A stretch of DNA of 54,115 nucleotides from Gemmatimonadota bacterium (GTDB lineage: Bacteria > Gemmatimonadota > Gemmatimonadetes > Palauibacterales > Palauibacteraceae), in contig JBGMQU010000006.1 in the NCBI GenBank assembly GCA_048060725.1, positions 1 to 54,115 on the forward strand, given 5' to 3'. Below the pieces are notes generated by a model, which was not told where the DNA came from, did not search any database, and was given only the letters and a program-made list of their open reading frames with translations. A program made the position numbers and the translations under genes. This document shows positions 1 through 9,948 of the stretch, one piece after another (within the stretch, counting starts at the first letter, position 1; the number at the start of each line of letters is the position of its first letter).

Positions 1-1
1 T

Positions 2-1183
2 CTCGCCGGACGTCTCGTGGTCACGGCCGGGTTGGGCGGCATGGGTGGAGCCCAGCCGCTGGCCGCCACGATGAACGGCGGAACCTGCCTTGCTGTCGAG
101 GTGCGGGAGGAGCGCATCCGCAAACGTCTCGAGACCGGGTACTGCGACCGCATGGCCACCGATCTTGACGAGGCGCTCGCGCTTCTGGATGCGGCGAAGG
201 CCCGGGGGGAAGCGCTGTCCGTCGGGCTCCTCGGAAACATCGCGGAAGTACTTCCCGAAATGGTCGGCCGGGGGATCACCCCTGACGTCCTTACCGATCA
301 GACGGCGGCGCACGATCTGAGGGTCGGCTACATCCCGGTCGGGCTCACCGTCGAAGAAGCGGAAGAGATGAGCCGGTCGGACCCGGAAGCCTACGAAGAT
401 CGGGTGCTCGACTCGATGGTCGTCCACGTGGACGCGATGCTGGCCATGAAGAAGGCCGGAGCGATCACGTTCGACTACGGAAACAATCTCCGCGGGCACG
501 TCGCGGATCGTCGGGGCATGCACCAGGCGTTCGACATTCCGGGGTTCGTGCCGGAGTACATCCGGCCCCTCTTCTGTCGGGGCGCGGGACCCTTTCGGTG
601 GGTCGCCCTGTCGGGCAATCCGGCAGACATCGCGGCGACCGATGACGCCGTGCTCGAGCAGTTTCCGGACAATGAGCCCCTCGTGCGCTGGATCGGGAAG
701 GCGCGGGAGAAAGTGCACTTCCAGGGACTGCCCGCTCGCATCTGCTGGCTCGAGTATGGAGAGCGCGCGGAGATGGGAGAGCGGTTCAACTGGCTCGTCA
801 AGACGGGCCGGGTGGACGCGCCGATCGTGATCGGGCGCGACCATCTCGACACGGGATCCGTCGCCTCGCCGAATCGCGAGACAGAAGCCATGAAGGACGG
901 CTCCGACGCGATCGCGGACTGGCCGCTTCTCAACGCGATGTTGAACACGGCCGCCGGTGCGAGTTGGGTGTCGCTCCACCATGGCGGCGGCGTCGGGATC
1001 GGGTATTCGATTCACGCGGGGATGGTCTGCGTAGCCGATGGCACGGAGGTGGCATCTCGCAGGCTGGAGCGCGTCCTCACCTGCGACCCGGGAACGGGCG
1101 TCATGAGGCACGCCGACGCCGGCTATGAGGAGGCCGTGACGACGGCCCGTGAGCGCGGCGTCGACCTTCCTATGGTCGACTAG
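2..1183 (+). CDS. hutU: Urocanate hydratase (5'-truncated at window edge)
   Basis: Motifs [59 protein letters not shown] and [11 protein letters not shown]. The frame is open to the window start. Confidence 0.97.
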   Translation, partial: LAGRLVVTAGLGGMGGAQPLAATMNGGTCLAVEVREERIRKRLETGYCDRMATDLDEALALLDAAKARGEALSVGLLGNIAEVLPEMVGRGITPDVLTDQTAAHDLRVGYIPVGLTVEEAEEMSRSDPEAYEDRVLDSMVVHVDAMLAMKKAGAITFDYGNNLRGHVADRRGMHQAFDIPGFVPEYIRPLFCRGAGPFRWVALSGNPADIAATDDAVLEQFPDNEPLVRWIGKAREKVHFQGLPARICWLEYGERAEMGERFNWLVKTGRVDAPIVIGRDHLDTGSVASPNRETEAMKDGSDAIADWPLLNAMLNTAAGASWVSLHHGGGVGIGYSIHAGMVCVADGTEVASRRLERVLTCDPGTGVMRHADAGYEEAVTTARERGVDLPMVD

Positions 1184-1200
1184 CCGGGGCGAGTCGCAAC

Positions 1201-2439
1201 GTGCCCATCCTTCGCGGTATCTCGTCTCTCGTCACGTGCGCCGCGTCCGCGGGACAGGGAGACGTGAGCGACGTCAGCGACGGCGCGCTCGTGTGGCGCG
1301 GCGACGAGATTCTCTGGGCCGGCCCCGCCTCCCGGGTGCCTGGCGCCCACGGCGGCGAAGACGTGTTCGATGCTGGCGGCCGGCTCGTCATCCCCGGTCT
1401 CATCGATTGTCACACGCATCTGGCGTTCGGCGGCTGGCGCTCGGCGGAGTTCGCCGACCGCATACGCGGGAGATCGTATCTCGAAATCGCGGCGGCGGGC
1501 GGCGGGATCGCCTCGACGGTTCGCGCGACCCGACGCATGGACGACGGTGCGCTTCGCGCGCGGGCACGCGACTTCGCTGACGAAATGCTCGCCGCGGGCG
1601 TGTGCACCGTCGAGTGCAAGAGCGGGTATGGACTTCGGCTCGACACCGAACTCGCGCTCCTGCGAGCCTATCGTGCGCTCGCCGACGAGGGGCCGCAGCG
1701 GATCGTCTCGACCTTCCTGGGGGCACACGTGGTGCCGCCGGAGTACCGGGATGACCGGGAGGCGTACGTCACCCTGGTAGTGGAGGAGATGATTCCGGCC
1801 GTCGCCGGCGAAGGTCTGGCCGAGTTCTGCGACGTGTTTGTCGAGGAAGGCGCCTTCAGCGCGGATGAGGCCCGCCGCGTACTCGGAGCCGCGGCGGACC
1901 ACGGGATGAGGGCAAAACTCCACGTCGACCAGCTCGAAGGAGGCGGGGGCGCCGAGCTCGCAGCCGAACTCGGCGCCGTCTCGGCCGACCACCTCGAATT
2001 CGCGTCACCGGCGGGCATCGCTGCGATGGCCGAGGCAGGGGTCGTGGGGGTCACCCTGCCGATCGCCACGCTCGTGCTGAATCAGGATCCGCCGCCGGCC
2101 CGCGAGATGATCGATGCCGGCGTCGCGGTCGCGGTCGCAACGGACTTCAACCCCGGCACGGCGCCGTCGCACGACCTTCGTCTGGCGCTGATGCTGGCCT
2201 GCAATCGCCAACGTATGACGCCGGCCGAGGCCCTCAAGGGAGCGACGCGGTATGCGGCCCGAGCGATCGGGCGCGAGTCGGACCTGGGTTCGCTGGAGCC
2301 GGGGAAAGCCGCCGATTTCGTGGTGCTGGACTCACCGGACCTGGATCACTGGATGTACCACTATCGGCCAGAGCCGTCCGTCGCGACCGTGGTGGGCGGA
2401 ACTGTTTGCGCGGGAGAGCTGACAGCCGCCGACGGATGA
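1201..2439 (+). CDS. hutI: Imidazolonepropionase
   Basis: Amidohydrolase motifs PGLIDCHTH, GGGIASTV, ECKSGYGL, TFLGAH, SADHLE and ATDFNPG. Follows hutU. Confidence 0.95.
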   Translation: MPILRGISSLVTCAASAGQGDVSDVSDGALVWRGDEILWAGPASRVPGAHGGEDVFDAGGRLVIPGLIDCHTHLAFGGWRSAEFADRIRGRSYLEIAAAGGGIASTVRATRRMDDGALRARARDFADEMLAAGVCTVECKSGYGLRLDTELALLRAYRALADEGPQRIVSTFLGAHVVPPEYRDDREAYVTLVVEEMIPAVAGEGLAEFCDVFVEEGAFSADEARRVLGAAADHGMRAKLHVDQLEGGGGAELAAELGAVSADHLEFASPAGIAAMAEAGVVGVTLPIATLVLNQDPPPAREMIDAGVAVAVATDFNPGTAPSHDLRLALMLACNRQRMTPAEALKGATRYAARAIGRESDLGSLEPGKAADFVVLDSPDLDHWMYHYRPEPSVATVVGGTVCAGELTAADG

Positions 2440-3782
2440 GTTTCCGGGTGAAGGCACCGCGACGCCGCGCACGAGAGCCGAGTCGGTGGGCCCTCGAGCG
2501 GGATGCGGAAACGGTCCCACCCTCCGTCCTCCCGCCGAGACAGGTGCAGCATCTCGGTCGCCGCGTCCTCCAGGTCCGTCGCGATCAGTTTGCCCTCGTA
2601 CCGCTCCTGGATGGTCTCGACCGGCGTGTGCCCGATCACGTGCACCTTCGTATCGAAGTGCTCCAGCACGGCGTCGAGGTGTGCCCCGAGCGTGTCGCTG
2701 AGCACCAGGTCCCGATACCAGAGAACGCTCTCGCTGGCAAAAAAGAATTCGTAACGCCGCACGATCCCGGCCGAATCGATGGCCGCGACCTCTTCCCCGG
2801 ACTCGGCAAGTTCCGCCAATCGTTCGGCGTATGAGTCGAGGTACTCCTGGTCGTTCCAGTGGACGAACAGCTCCTCGTCGATAAACGTGCGCAGGGTGTC
2901 CTGATACTGTTCGATGGTGTAGTCGAGGTAGTCGGGGCTCACGCCCCCGTGAGCCAGCAAGAGATCGCCCATCCGGACCAGAGCCGGCTTGCGGGCCAGC
3001 CACCGTCCGAGAATCGACTCGCGTGGGTCAAACATCTCTCCGTAGGCGACGCCGTGGGCCTGGGCGAGAATTGTCTCCTTCCCGCCTACGTATTCGAGGT
3101 CGCCCGACATGACCATGGCCTCGTGGTTCCCGAGCACTACGTGGACCGACCCGCCCGCCTCCGCGGCTTCGCGTTCCAGCCGGTAGAGGAACCAGAGCAC
3201 CCGCGTCACGTCGTTGCCCCGATCGAAGATGTCTCCCAGGAACACGAGGTGGGTGTCGCCGCCACTCCAGCCCGCATCCTCGTCGATGAGTTCCGCCTTG
3301 CGGAGGAGGCGCACGACCCGATCGTACTCCCCGTGAACGTCGCCGAATATGTATACCGACTCGACCCCTTCGATTTCGATCCGAGATTCGGCCTCGGGCT
3401 CACGGAAGACTCTGGTGCGGTGAAGCTCCGCGCCGGCAGATCCGTACTCGAGCACCACCTCACCCGCGGTCGACTCGATCAGGGCCTGGTGGGCCTGGCC
3501 CGGCGGGGTCTCCACGGTCTGGATCTTCTCGCCATGGACGAACGCTCGAGCCACCCCGGCGCCCATCTCGGTCGTGATCCAGCGGACTTCGAGCCCCTCC
3601 TCGACGACCCGGACGTAGAGCCCGTACTCTCCGTCGAAGCGGAGCGCGTCCTGGGCCCAAACCGGGGAAGCGCCAGCGACGCAGGTTGTCGCCGCGACCG
3701 CCAGGATCGCGTTGCGAAACGGGTGCGAGCGCCTCGCTCTCGCGACGCCCCCTGCGCGCGACCTACCGTACTTCTTCGACAT
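2361..3782 (-). CDS. Exported metallophosphoesterase (Shewanella-like/PPP-type phosphatase)
   Basis: Motifs GDVHG, LGDIFDRG, LGNHE, AHGG, LWYRD and IGHTP. Signal-peptide-like N-terminus ending VWA-QD. Confidence 0.85.
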   Translation of the reverse strand: MSKKYGRSRAGGVARARRSHPFRNAILAVAATTCVAGASPVWAQDALRFDGEYGLYVRVVEEGLEVRWITTEMGAGVARAFVHGEKIQTVETPPGQAHQALIESTAGEVVLEYGSAGAELHRTRVFREPEAESRIEIEGVESVYIFGDVHGEYDRVVRLLRKAELIDEDAGWSGGDTHLVFLGDIFDRGNDVTRVLWFLYRLEREAAEAGGSVHVVLGNHEAMVMSGDLEYVGGKETILAQAHGVAYGEMFDPRESILGRWLARKPALVRMGDLLLAHGGVSPDYLDYTIEQYQDTLRTFIDEELFVHWNDQEYLDSYAERLAELAESGEEVAAIDSAGIVRRYEFFFASESVLWYRDLVLSDTLGAHLDAVLEHFDTKVHVIGHTPVETIQERYEGKLIATDLEDAATEMLHLSRREDGGWDRFRIPLEGPPTRLSCAASRCLHPETHPSAAVSSPAQTVPPTTVATDGSGR

Positions 3783-3789
3783 TCTTCTA
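3765..3789 (-). repeat. Dispersed 25-bp motif, copy A
   Basis: TAGAAGAATGTCGAAGAAGTACGGT. Confidence 0.6.
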
Positions 3790-4764
3790 GAAGACCGAGT
3801 AGCGACCGCCGTCGATCCAGCCGAGCAGCCGTTCGAGTCGCCGGTACACCTGACGAACTTCCGACTCCGTCAGCCCCAGCTGGACGCGGGTGTCGTCGTG
3901 CCGGACGCCCCGACCCGGGTCGAGGTTCTCCGAGGGTGCCACCGGGACGAAGTTTCCACCCTGGAGCTCGAACTCGGCCACCACGCCGAGTGTCGCCTGG
4001 AGATCGTCCGCCGTGACGCCACGAAGCCGCTCGATCGACCCTGCCGCGAATCGGTCCACCTGGATGTCGCGCCAGTAGAATCCTCGATCGCTCTCTTCGT
4101 TGGAGAACGCGACTCCGTTGTCGACCGTGAAAATCCTCGGGTTATCGGCGACGGTCGATCGAAGAAAGTTCCCCTGGTTCGAGTCGTTGTGGCGGATCAG
4201 ATACGTCACGAGGTTGAAATTCCCCAGGTGCGTGGCGTACAGGTCGTCTTTCTTCAAGTCCTTGTCGTCGAGCTTTTCGGCCACTTCGACGTTCCACAAC
4301 CAGTACTGAAGAAGGACGAGCGTCATCCCCCATTCGTTGAACGTCTGTTCGGCCTCGGGCTTGTACTCGACCGGGACGAGATTGAGGACGTCCTGCACCT
4401 GGTTTGTCGGGAAGGCGCGGGCGACGGTTGGTGGCACGGCATAGTTGGAAGGATCGAGGAACAACCTCTGGATCGCGTACGCGGCGAGTTCGTACCGCGG
4501 ACGGTTGTTGAACTCGTCCGCGCCTTTCGCTGCCGGAGCGTACTTCATCTGCAACATCGCGTTTCCCGCGCTCGCCGTGACCTGGTACGTCCGCTCGGAG
4601 GGAAGACCTCGCGCCGTAACCGCGGAGATCACCTGGAGTTCTCCCGTTGCCAGGAGTTGCTCGATCTCCTCGACGGGAAGCGCGACGTTCGCGTCCTGCG
4701 CTGAAGACGTCAACGGAACCGCGAGGGTCACGCCGAGGGCCAGGGCCAATCTACGAAGATGCAT
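3787..4764 (-). CDS. Exported atypical kinase-like protein (Fam20C/Four-jointed/PI4K-like fold)
   Basis: Signal peptide ([23 protein letters not shown]). Kinase-like motifs in order: QMK, RYELAAY, VPPTV, LQYW, YLIRHNDSNQGN and IFTVDNGVAF. Confidence 0.65.
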   Translation of the reverse strand: MHLRRLALALGVTLAVPLTSSAQDANVALPVEEIEQLLATGELQVISAVTARGLPSERTYQVTASAGNAMLQMKYAPAAKGADEFNNRPRYELAAYAIQRLFLDPSNYAVPPTVARAFPTNQVQDVLNLVPVEYKPEAEQTFNEWGMTLVLLQYWLWNVEVAEKLDDKDLKKDDLYATHLGNFNLVTYLIRHNDSNQGNFLRSTVADNPRIFTVDNGVAFSNEESDRGFYWRDIQVDRFAAGSIERLRGVTADDLQATLGVVAEFELQGGNFVPVAPSENLDPGRGVRHDDTRVQLGLTESEVRQVYRRLERLLGWIDGGRYSVF

Positions 4765-5575
4765 CCGATCCTCCTTGTGCTCGTGCGCCTGCCGCGAGTG
4801 TCAACGGGAGACGGAGCCGGAACGTCGTCCCGACCCCCACGGTACTTTCAGCGGAAATCTCGCCACCATGATGATCGACGATCTGCCTCGAGATCGCGAG
4901 ACCGAGACCCATTCCGACGCGACGTTCCTTCGTCGTAAAGCCGGGATCGAAGATCTTCTCGAGGCTTTCGGGGGAGATCCCGCGGCCGGTGTCCTCGATC
5001 TCGACCATGACCCCGTCGGATTCCGCACGGGTTCGAACCGTCAGGGTGCCGTCGTCATCCATCGCCTGGACCGCATTGTGTATGAGGTTCATGAACACCT
5101 GATTGAGTCGGTTCGGATAACACTCGATCCGCGGGATTTCCTGAAAATCGCGCTCCACCCGCAACCCTTCGAGCTTTCCCGCGAGGACGGCGAGGGTCCC
5201 GTCGAGCCCCTCGCGCAGATCGAAGCGGTCGACTTCGGCGCGATCGGGCCGCCCGAACGTAGCCAGGCTCTGCACCACGGTGGACAACCGTTCGACCGCG
5301 ATGCCGTTGGTCCGCAACACCCCGTCCATGGCCCGCACGATCTTGCGAACATCCTTCAACTCGTCGGGTGTCACCACTTCATCCTCGAGGATGCCCTGGA
5401 GTTTGAGCAAGGCGCGCTCGATCACATCGTGATTGCTCTTGATGGCCCCGAGCGGGGTGTTGAGCTCGTGCGCGACCCCGGCCACCAGTGTACCCAGTGT
5501 AGCCAGGTGGGCCTGGTTGATGAACTCCTGGCGGTCCTCGTGGCCCGAGGTGGCCGTGGGAGCATCGTCGCTCAC
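4751..5575 (-). CDS. Cytoplasmic histidine kinase (HisKA + HATPase, no sensor domain)
   Basis: H-box [10 protein letters not shown]-box [12 protein letters not shown]1 [17 protein letters not shown]2 GMGLGL. The GTG start at 5575 overlaps the regulator stop (GTGA). Confidence 0.92.
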   Translation of the reverse strand: MSDDAPTATSGHEDRQEFINQAHLATLGTLVAGVAHELNTPLGAIKSNHDVIERALLKLQGILEDEVVTPDELKDVRKIVRAMDGVLRTNGIAVERLSTVVQSLATFGRPDRAEVDRFDLREGLDGTLAVLAGKLEGLRVERDFQEIPRIECYPNRLNQVFMNLIHNAVQAMDDDGTLTVRTRAESDGVMVEIEDTGRGISPESLEKIFDPGFTTKERRVGMGLGLAISRQIVDHHGGEISAESTVGVGTTFRLRLPLTLAAGARAQGGSDASS

Positions 5576-6051
5576 AGAAAGGCCTGGGCGAGGCGTTCTC
5601 GAAACCCCGACAGTTCGGAATTGGCTGCCTCCAACTCCGCGATCTGCAGTTGCAGATCGATCAGCAACCGCGCCCGCTCGACTCCGTTGCGCACGATGAT
5701 CATGAAGGCGTCGTTGTCCCACGGTTTTTCGAGGTACTGGTACAGCCCCGCCTCGTTGATCGCGCGGATCGCGTTCTTCTTGTCCGCGTAACCGGTCAGG
5801 AGGATTCGAGTCGCCTCGGGTCGAACATCCCGGGCCTGCGTGAGAAACGTCACGCCGTCCATCCCCGGCATCATGAAATCGGCGACGATGGCGTGGACCG
5901 TCCGTTCGCGAAGCGCCTCCAGCGCCTCCTCCGGCACCGTGAATGGCAGTACGGTGTACTCCATCTCGAACTCGAGGAAACTCTGGATGGCGCCGACGAT
6001 GATCTCCTCGTCGTCCACCACCATCACCGTCGTATCTGTCGTTTCGCTCAT
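5572..6051 (-). CDS. Response regulator (receiver domain plus short coiled coil)
   Basis: Motifs VVDDE, ADFMMPGMDG (phospho-Asp), LLTGY and EKPW. Confidence 0.92.
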   Translation of the reverse strand: MSETTDTTVMVVDDEEIIVGAIQSFLEFEMEYTVLPFTVPEEALEALRERTVHAIVADFMMPGMDGVTFLTQARDVRPEATRILLTGYADKKNAIRAINEAGLYQYLEKPWDNDAFMIIVRNGVERARLLIDLQLQIAELEAANSELSGFRERLAQAFL

Positions 6052-6080
6052 CGGGTACGCCTATCCAACTCGTTGTGGTG

Positions 6081-9000
6081 TCAGCTCGCCGCGGCCGTGG
6101 CCAGCGACCGCAGCCGCTTCGCCAAACCGTGCAGAAGGTCCATGCCGAGCTCCGGATAGTCCACGACCAGATCGTGGAAGTCGGATCGACCGATCCTGAG
6201 AAAGCGGCACTCCGTCCGCGTCCGCGCCTCCAGCATACTGGTTTCGCGATCGATCAAGGCCCAGGTGCCAAACGCTGCTCCTTCGGTTATCGAGATCTCG
6301 CGGTCCGCCACGCCCGCGACGGACACCTCTCCCGAGATCACGACGTACATCGCGTCCGCCGGTTCATCCCTGCTGAGCAGTGTCTGGTCCGCCGGGGCAT
6401 CCAGTTCGTGTGCGATGGAAGCCAGCAGGGCGAGTTGTTGACTCCGTACCCCCTGAAGAAGGTCGACGTTCTGCAGGAGAAAGACTTTTTCGATCAGATC
6501 CATGTCATGCCCCTCGGCGGCGGTTGCTGCATGCGTGTCGGGATCGAGTCGGTTTTGTATGCGGCGAACGGTCCTCTGCAGGCCGGGGTCGCCGGGTCGG
6601 AAGTCACGCAAGTCACGTGTCGCGCCCTCGGGGTCGGTCTCGTAGCCCGTCCAGATCGCCAGTCGGGCGATCAACGCATCCTCGTCGTCCCAGAGCGCCC
6701 GTACCACCTCTCTCGATTCGCCCGATGTTTCGGCGGTGATCGGCATGAGGGCGGGTTCGACACGCGAGAACAGGGCGTGGCCAACGGTGCTCTCCAGCCA
6801 TTCCAGCCCGTTGGCCCGCGGTCGGTCTTCCCCGCTCTCGATGGCCAGGTGGCTCCGGACCATCCCCGATTGCGGGTAGAGGAGGCCGAGCCAGTGGAAG
6901 ACGGCCTGGCGACGCTCCGACGTGGCTTCACGAAGCGCCCGGACGGTCAGGGTCGACACGGCGGTCTCGTCGAATGTGGAGATCACGGATTCCGCGCGGG
7001 CATAGCGCGCGACGGCGTCTACCTCGCGCTCGACGGCCAACAACACCGGATCTCTCGGGAAGTCGAGGCTGTCGGACGCCCGCAATTTGGCGAGAGCAGC
7101 CAGGGCCCGGTTGTCGATAATCTGCTCGGTTTCCGGAAGCATATATGAGTGAATCAGAGCCTCCACCGTGGCCTTCGTCGGGATTTCGCCGAGCACGCGA
7201 GGAATCCCGCGCCGTACCGCCGGATCCGTTGTCGGATCGCTCAGGGCCGCGACCAGTGGCGGAAGGGCTGAGTCGCCCCGGGCTGCCAGAGCTTCGCGGG
7301 CCGCAGCTCCCGTTCGCGAAGATCCGAGACACGCGATGACCGCCTCGATGAGAGCGGGGCTGCCGATGCGTGTGGCGCTGGTGACGGCAGCGGCAGCCAC
7401 GCCGTCGTCAGGGTCCTCCAGAAGACGGTGAACAAGATCTTCTACGCCCTGCTCGCCGGGCACGAGTCCCGCGGCGATCGCCAGCTCCAGTCGGACGTCC
7501 GTTTCGCCGGTTTCGGCTTCGCGCACACGCCGAGCGAAGAACGGTCGAACGATCCGCGTGGCATCAGTCGGGTCCGTCGAGTCCGCCAGGACCGCGAGAG
7601 CGGCGGAGCGGATTCCTGCCTCGGACTCGGCCAGAAGCTCAGCAAACAGATCGTCCGGCGATCCCGCCGTCCCCGCCAGGAGAAGGGCTACGGCACGCTC
7701 GCGCACCCGAGCGTCTCCGTCGCGAAGCCTCTCGCGGATCCGGGTCTCATCGATCGCGGCAGGCGCATGTGAGATGAGATCGAGCACCCGGGCGCGCAGA
7801 ACCGCGCTGTCATGGTCGAGGAGGGCGTCGAGCTCCGAGGAGAAGGGTGCGATGTCCTCCTCGTCTCCCTGCTCGATGAGGTCGAGGGCGAACGCGACCT
7901 TGGCCGGACTCTCGTCCGCGAGAGCTTCTCGCACCATGCGCCGCGGACCCGGGCCGAGCAACGATACGTACGTCCCACGGAGACTGGCGAACCGACCCTC
8001 GATCGACGCGGCGAGACTCTTCACGTACTCGCGCCGGACCTTCAGGAAGGCCAGCAGCAGGAGGATTGCCGTGCCGACTCCGACGAATCCGATGATGACG
8101 AGGCGGTTCTGGATCGTCATGGAGCCGGTCATCATCACGAGGGCGAGGATGAGGAGCCCCGAGAGGACCTTCCCGAGCCCTTTTTCTATCCCGACGTCGA
8201 TGTAGGCCTTGGCCTTCAGCTTGATGGCGTCGGGCACGGGGACGTACAGGAGCTCCCGCCCGGTTCTCTCCGCCGAGTATCGAAACATGCGCTCGCCGGT
8301 GCGCGCCGCGACCGCGACCGGAAGCGTCAACACCGTCGCGAGGGCGCCGGTCGCGAAGACCATGGCTGCAGGGAAGATGAGCACGGTTACCCCGGCCCCC
8401 CAGCGTCGCAGAATCGGGCGGAGTGCCAGGAGCACAATGATGGGCAACCATTGGGTCGCCGCATCGACGAGGCCGAGAAAGCCGCTCATGCTGTCGAGAT
8501 CCTGAAACACCTCCCGGGTGAGCGTCTTGTACTGATAGTCCACGAACTGCTTCACGAGGACCGTCAACAGAACGGTCACCGCGATCAACTGGACCTGACG
8601 ATTGGAGAAGATCCGCCGAAACTCGCTCTTGGAAGCGTCGCGATCGTGAGATCGCTCTCTGAGGCGTCCGGCGTCGGGGTCTTCTCGCCGCCACACCAGG
8701 GTGATGCCCACGGCGAACACGACGATCGCCGCGCCCGCCACGAGCAGCAGGTTCGCCGTTCCGACGCGCGAGGCGAAGAATGCCGTGATCCCGCCCCCTA
8801 CCGCCGCGCCAACCGAACCGGCCGCGATGACGAGTGGGTACGCCCGCTTCGCGTCGCGGGCGTTGTAGAAGATCTGCGTGGCCATGAAAAACTGCGTCAC
8901 CAGCGCGGCCACCATCAGATCGTACCAACCGTAGAAGGCCATCCCGAACACGGCGTTCCCCGGCTGATAGAGGAACCGGAAAACAACCATGCTCGCCGCG

Positions 9001-9278
9001 AAGAAAAGCGCGACGCCGGGAATGAGCTCCTTCCAGCGGATGCGGTCCGCCAGTCGGTTGTACAGGGGAACGAAGAGCACCACGATGGCGCTCACGAAGT
9101 ACACCTGATAGAAGTCGCCGGGCTCCAGGCCGTCGAGAGCGATCGCATCGCGGATGGGCCTCAGGACCCCCACGACGAAGATGACCGTGAAGCTGAGGAG
9201 CATCATCGCGATCAGCTTGGTCAGATCGCGACTCTTCCTGAGCGCGGCGAAGGCGGCGAGGCGCGACCCCTTAGCCAC
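6081..9278 (-). CDS. NTT/TLC (Npt1/Npt2-like) MFS transporter fused to HEAT repeats and a cNMP-binding domain
   Basis: About 12 TM helices with LRPIRDA, QIFYNARDAKRAYPL, FVDYQY and RELLYVPVPDAIKLKAKAYID. HEAT-like repeats in the middle. C-terminal IEKVFLLQNVDLL...MYVVISGEV...AFG. Confidence 0.85.
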   Translation of the reverse strand: MAKGSRLAAFAALRKSRDLTKLIAMMLLSFTVIFVVGVLRPIRDAIALDGLEPGDFYQVYFVSAIVVLFVPLYNRLADRIRWKELIPGVALFFAASMVVFRFLYQPGNAVFGMAFYGWYDLMVAALVTQFFMATQIFYNARDAKRAYPLVIAAGSVGAAVGGGITAFFASRVGTANLLLVAGAAIVVFAVGITLVWRREDPDAGRLRERSHDRDASKSEFRRIFSNRQVQLIAVTVLLTVLVKQFVDYQYKTLTREVFQDLDSMSGFLGLVDAATQWLPIIVLLALRPILRRWGAGVTVLIFPAAMVFATGALATVLTLPVAVAARTGERMFRYSAERTGRELLYVPVPDAIKLKAKAYIDVGIEKGLGKVLSGLLILALVMMTGSMTIQNRLVIIGFVGVGTAILLLLAFLKVRREYVKSLAASIEGRFASLRGTYVSLLGPGPRRMVREALADESPAKVAFALDLIEQGDEEDIAPFSSELDALLDHDSAVLRARVLDLISHAPAAIDETRIRERLRDGDARVRERAVALLLAGTAGSPDDLFAELLAESEAGIRSAALAVLADSTDPTDATRIVRPFFARRVREAETGETDVRLELAIAAGLVPGEQGVEDLVHRLLEDPDDGVAAAAVTSATRIGSPALIEAVIACLGSSRTGAAAREALAARGDSALPPLVAALSDPTTDPAVRRGIPRVLGEIPTKATVEALIHSYMLPETEQIIDNRALAALAKLRASDSLDFPRDPVLLAVEREVDAVARYARAESVISTFDETAVSTLTVRALREATSERRQAVFHWLGLLYPQSGMVRSHLAIESGEDRPRANGLEWLESTVGHALFSRVEPALMPITAETSGESREVVRALWDDEDALIARLAIWTGYETDPEGATRDLRDFRPGDPGLQRTVRRIQNRLDPDTHAATAAEGHDMDLIEKVFLLQNVDLLQGVRSQQLALLASIAHELDAPADQTLLSRDEPADAMYVVISGEVSVAGVADREISITEGAAFGTWALIDRETSMLEARTRTECRFLRIGRSDFHDLVVDYPELGMDLLHGLAKRLRSLATAAAS

Positions 9279-9291
9279 TGTCGACCGCCTT

Positions 9292-9316
9292 GAAGTACTT
9301 CTTCAACAGCCTTCTG
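9292..9316 (-). repeat. Dispersed 25-bp motif, copy B
   Basis: CAGAAGGCTGTTGAAGAAGTACTTC. Confidence 0.6.
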
Positions 9317-9329
9317 GGTGCGACTACGG

Positions 9330-9746
9330 TCACCGCGGCGGAACCACCGAATAGATGTTGTCTTTGTGGACAGGGCACAGCTCGCCGAGCTTCCGAATGT
9401 CGCTCCCGTCGCGATCCCGCGCCTGGTAGCGCAACAGAAGCTCGGTCCACGCCGAATGAAAAGCTTCCGTGTCGGCCGCCACGAAGTAGTCGACGAGATT
9501 CCACTCATCCCCCCATGAATGCGTCATGATCCCGTATCCGAGCAGCACACCCTCGGACACGAGTTCGTCGGCGACCTCCCGCCAGGTACCGTTGAGGATC
9601 TCGACCGCATCCGCGAGGTCTGCCATCCCGCACTGGTAGTAACGCATTGTCGCCACCCCGGGCGTCACTTCCTGCGCCCGGACGCCAGCGGCGGACAGCG
9701 CGAGAATCAGCGCCCCGACCGCCAGAAATCTGGTCCTGTCCTGCAT
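9330..9746 (-). CDS. Secreted hypothetical protein (~138 aa)
   Basis: MQDRTRFLAVGALILALSAAGVRA-QE signal peptide. Start trimmed from the longer ORF call. Confidence 0.7.
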   Translation of the reverse strand: MQDRTRFLAVGALILALSAAGVRAQEVTPGVATMRYYQCGMADLADAVEILNGTWREVADELVSEGVLLGYGIMTHSWGDEWNLVDYFVAADTEAFHSAWTELLLRYQARDRDGSDIRKLGELCPVHKDNIYSVVPPR

Positions 9747-9948
9747 CGCGTTCCTCTCGAATCGATGGGTTCGACCGGGTGCAATGTAGGGCGTGAGCCG
9801 GAACCGGAATAGCAGCCTTGCCAGGATTGTTCGGCAGCCTTCCCGAGGCGGCAAAAAATGTGGGAGGCCCGGCCGCACGACCCGCGGGGAGCGGGACCGT
9901 ACGACCGGGTTGAGGCGGCCGGGAGGCAGCCGCCTCGATGCCCGGGGT

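Noticed and set aside
2361-2439. 79-nt convergent overlap of hutI and the phosphatase as a regulatory device
   Set aside because: Most simply explained by stop-codon drift in GC-rich DNA, since the overlapping tail looks non-conserved.
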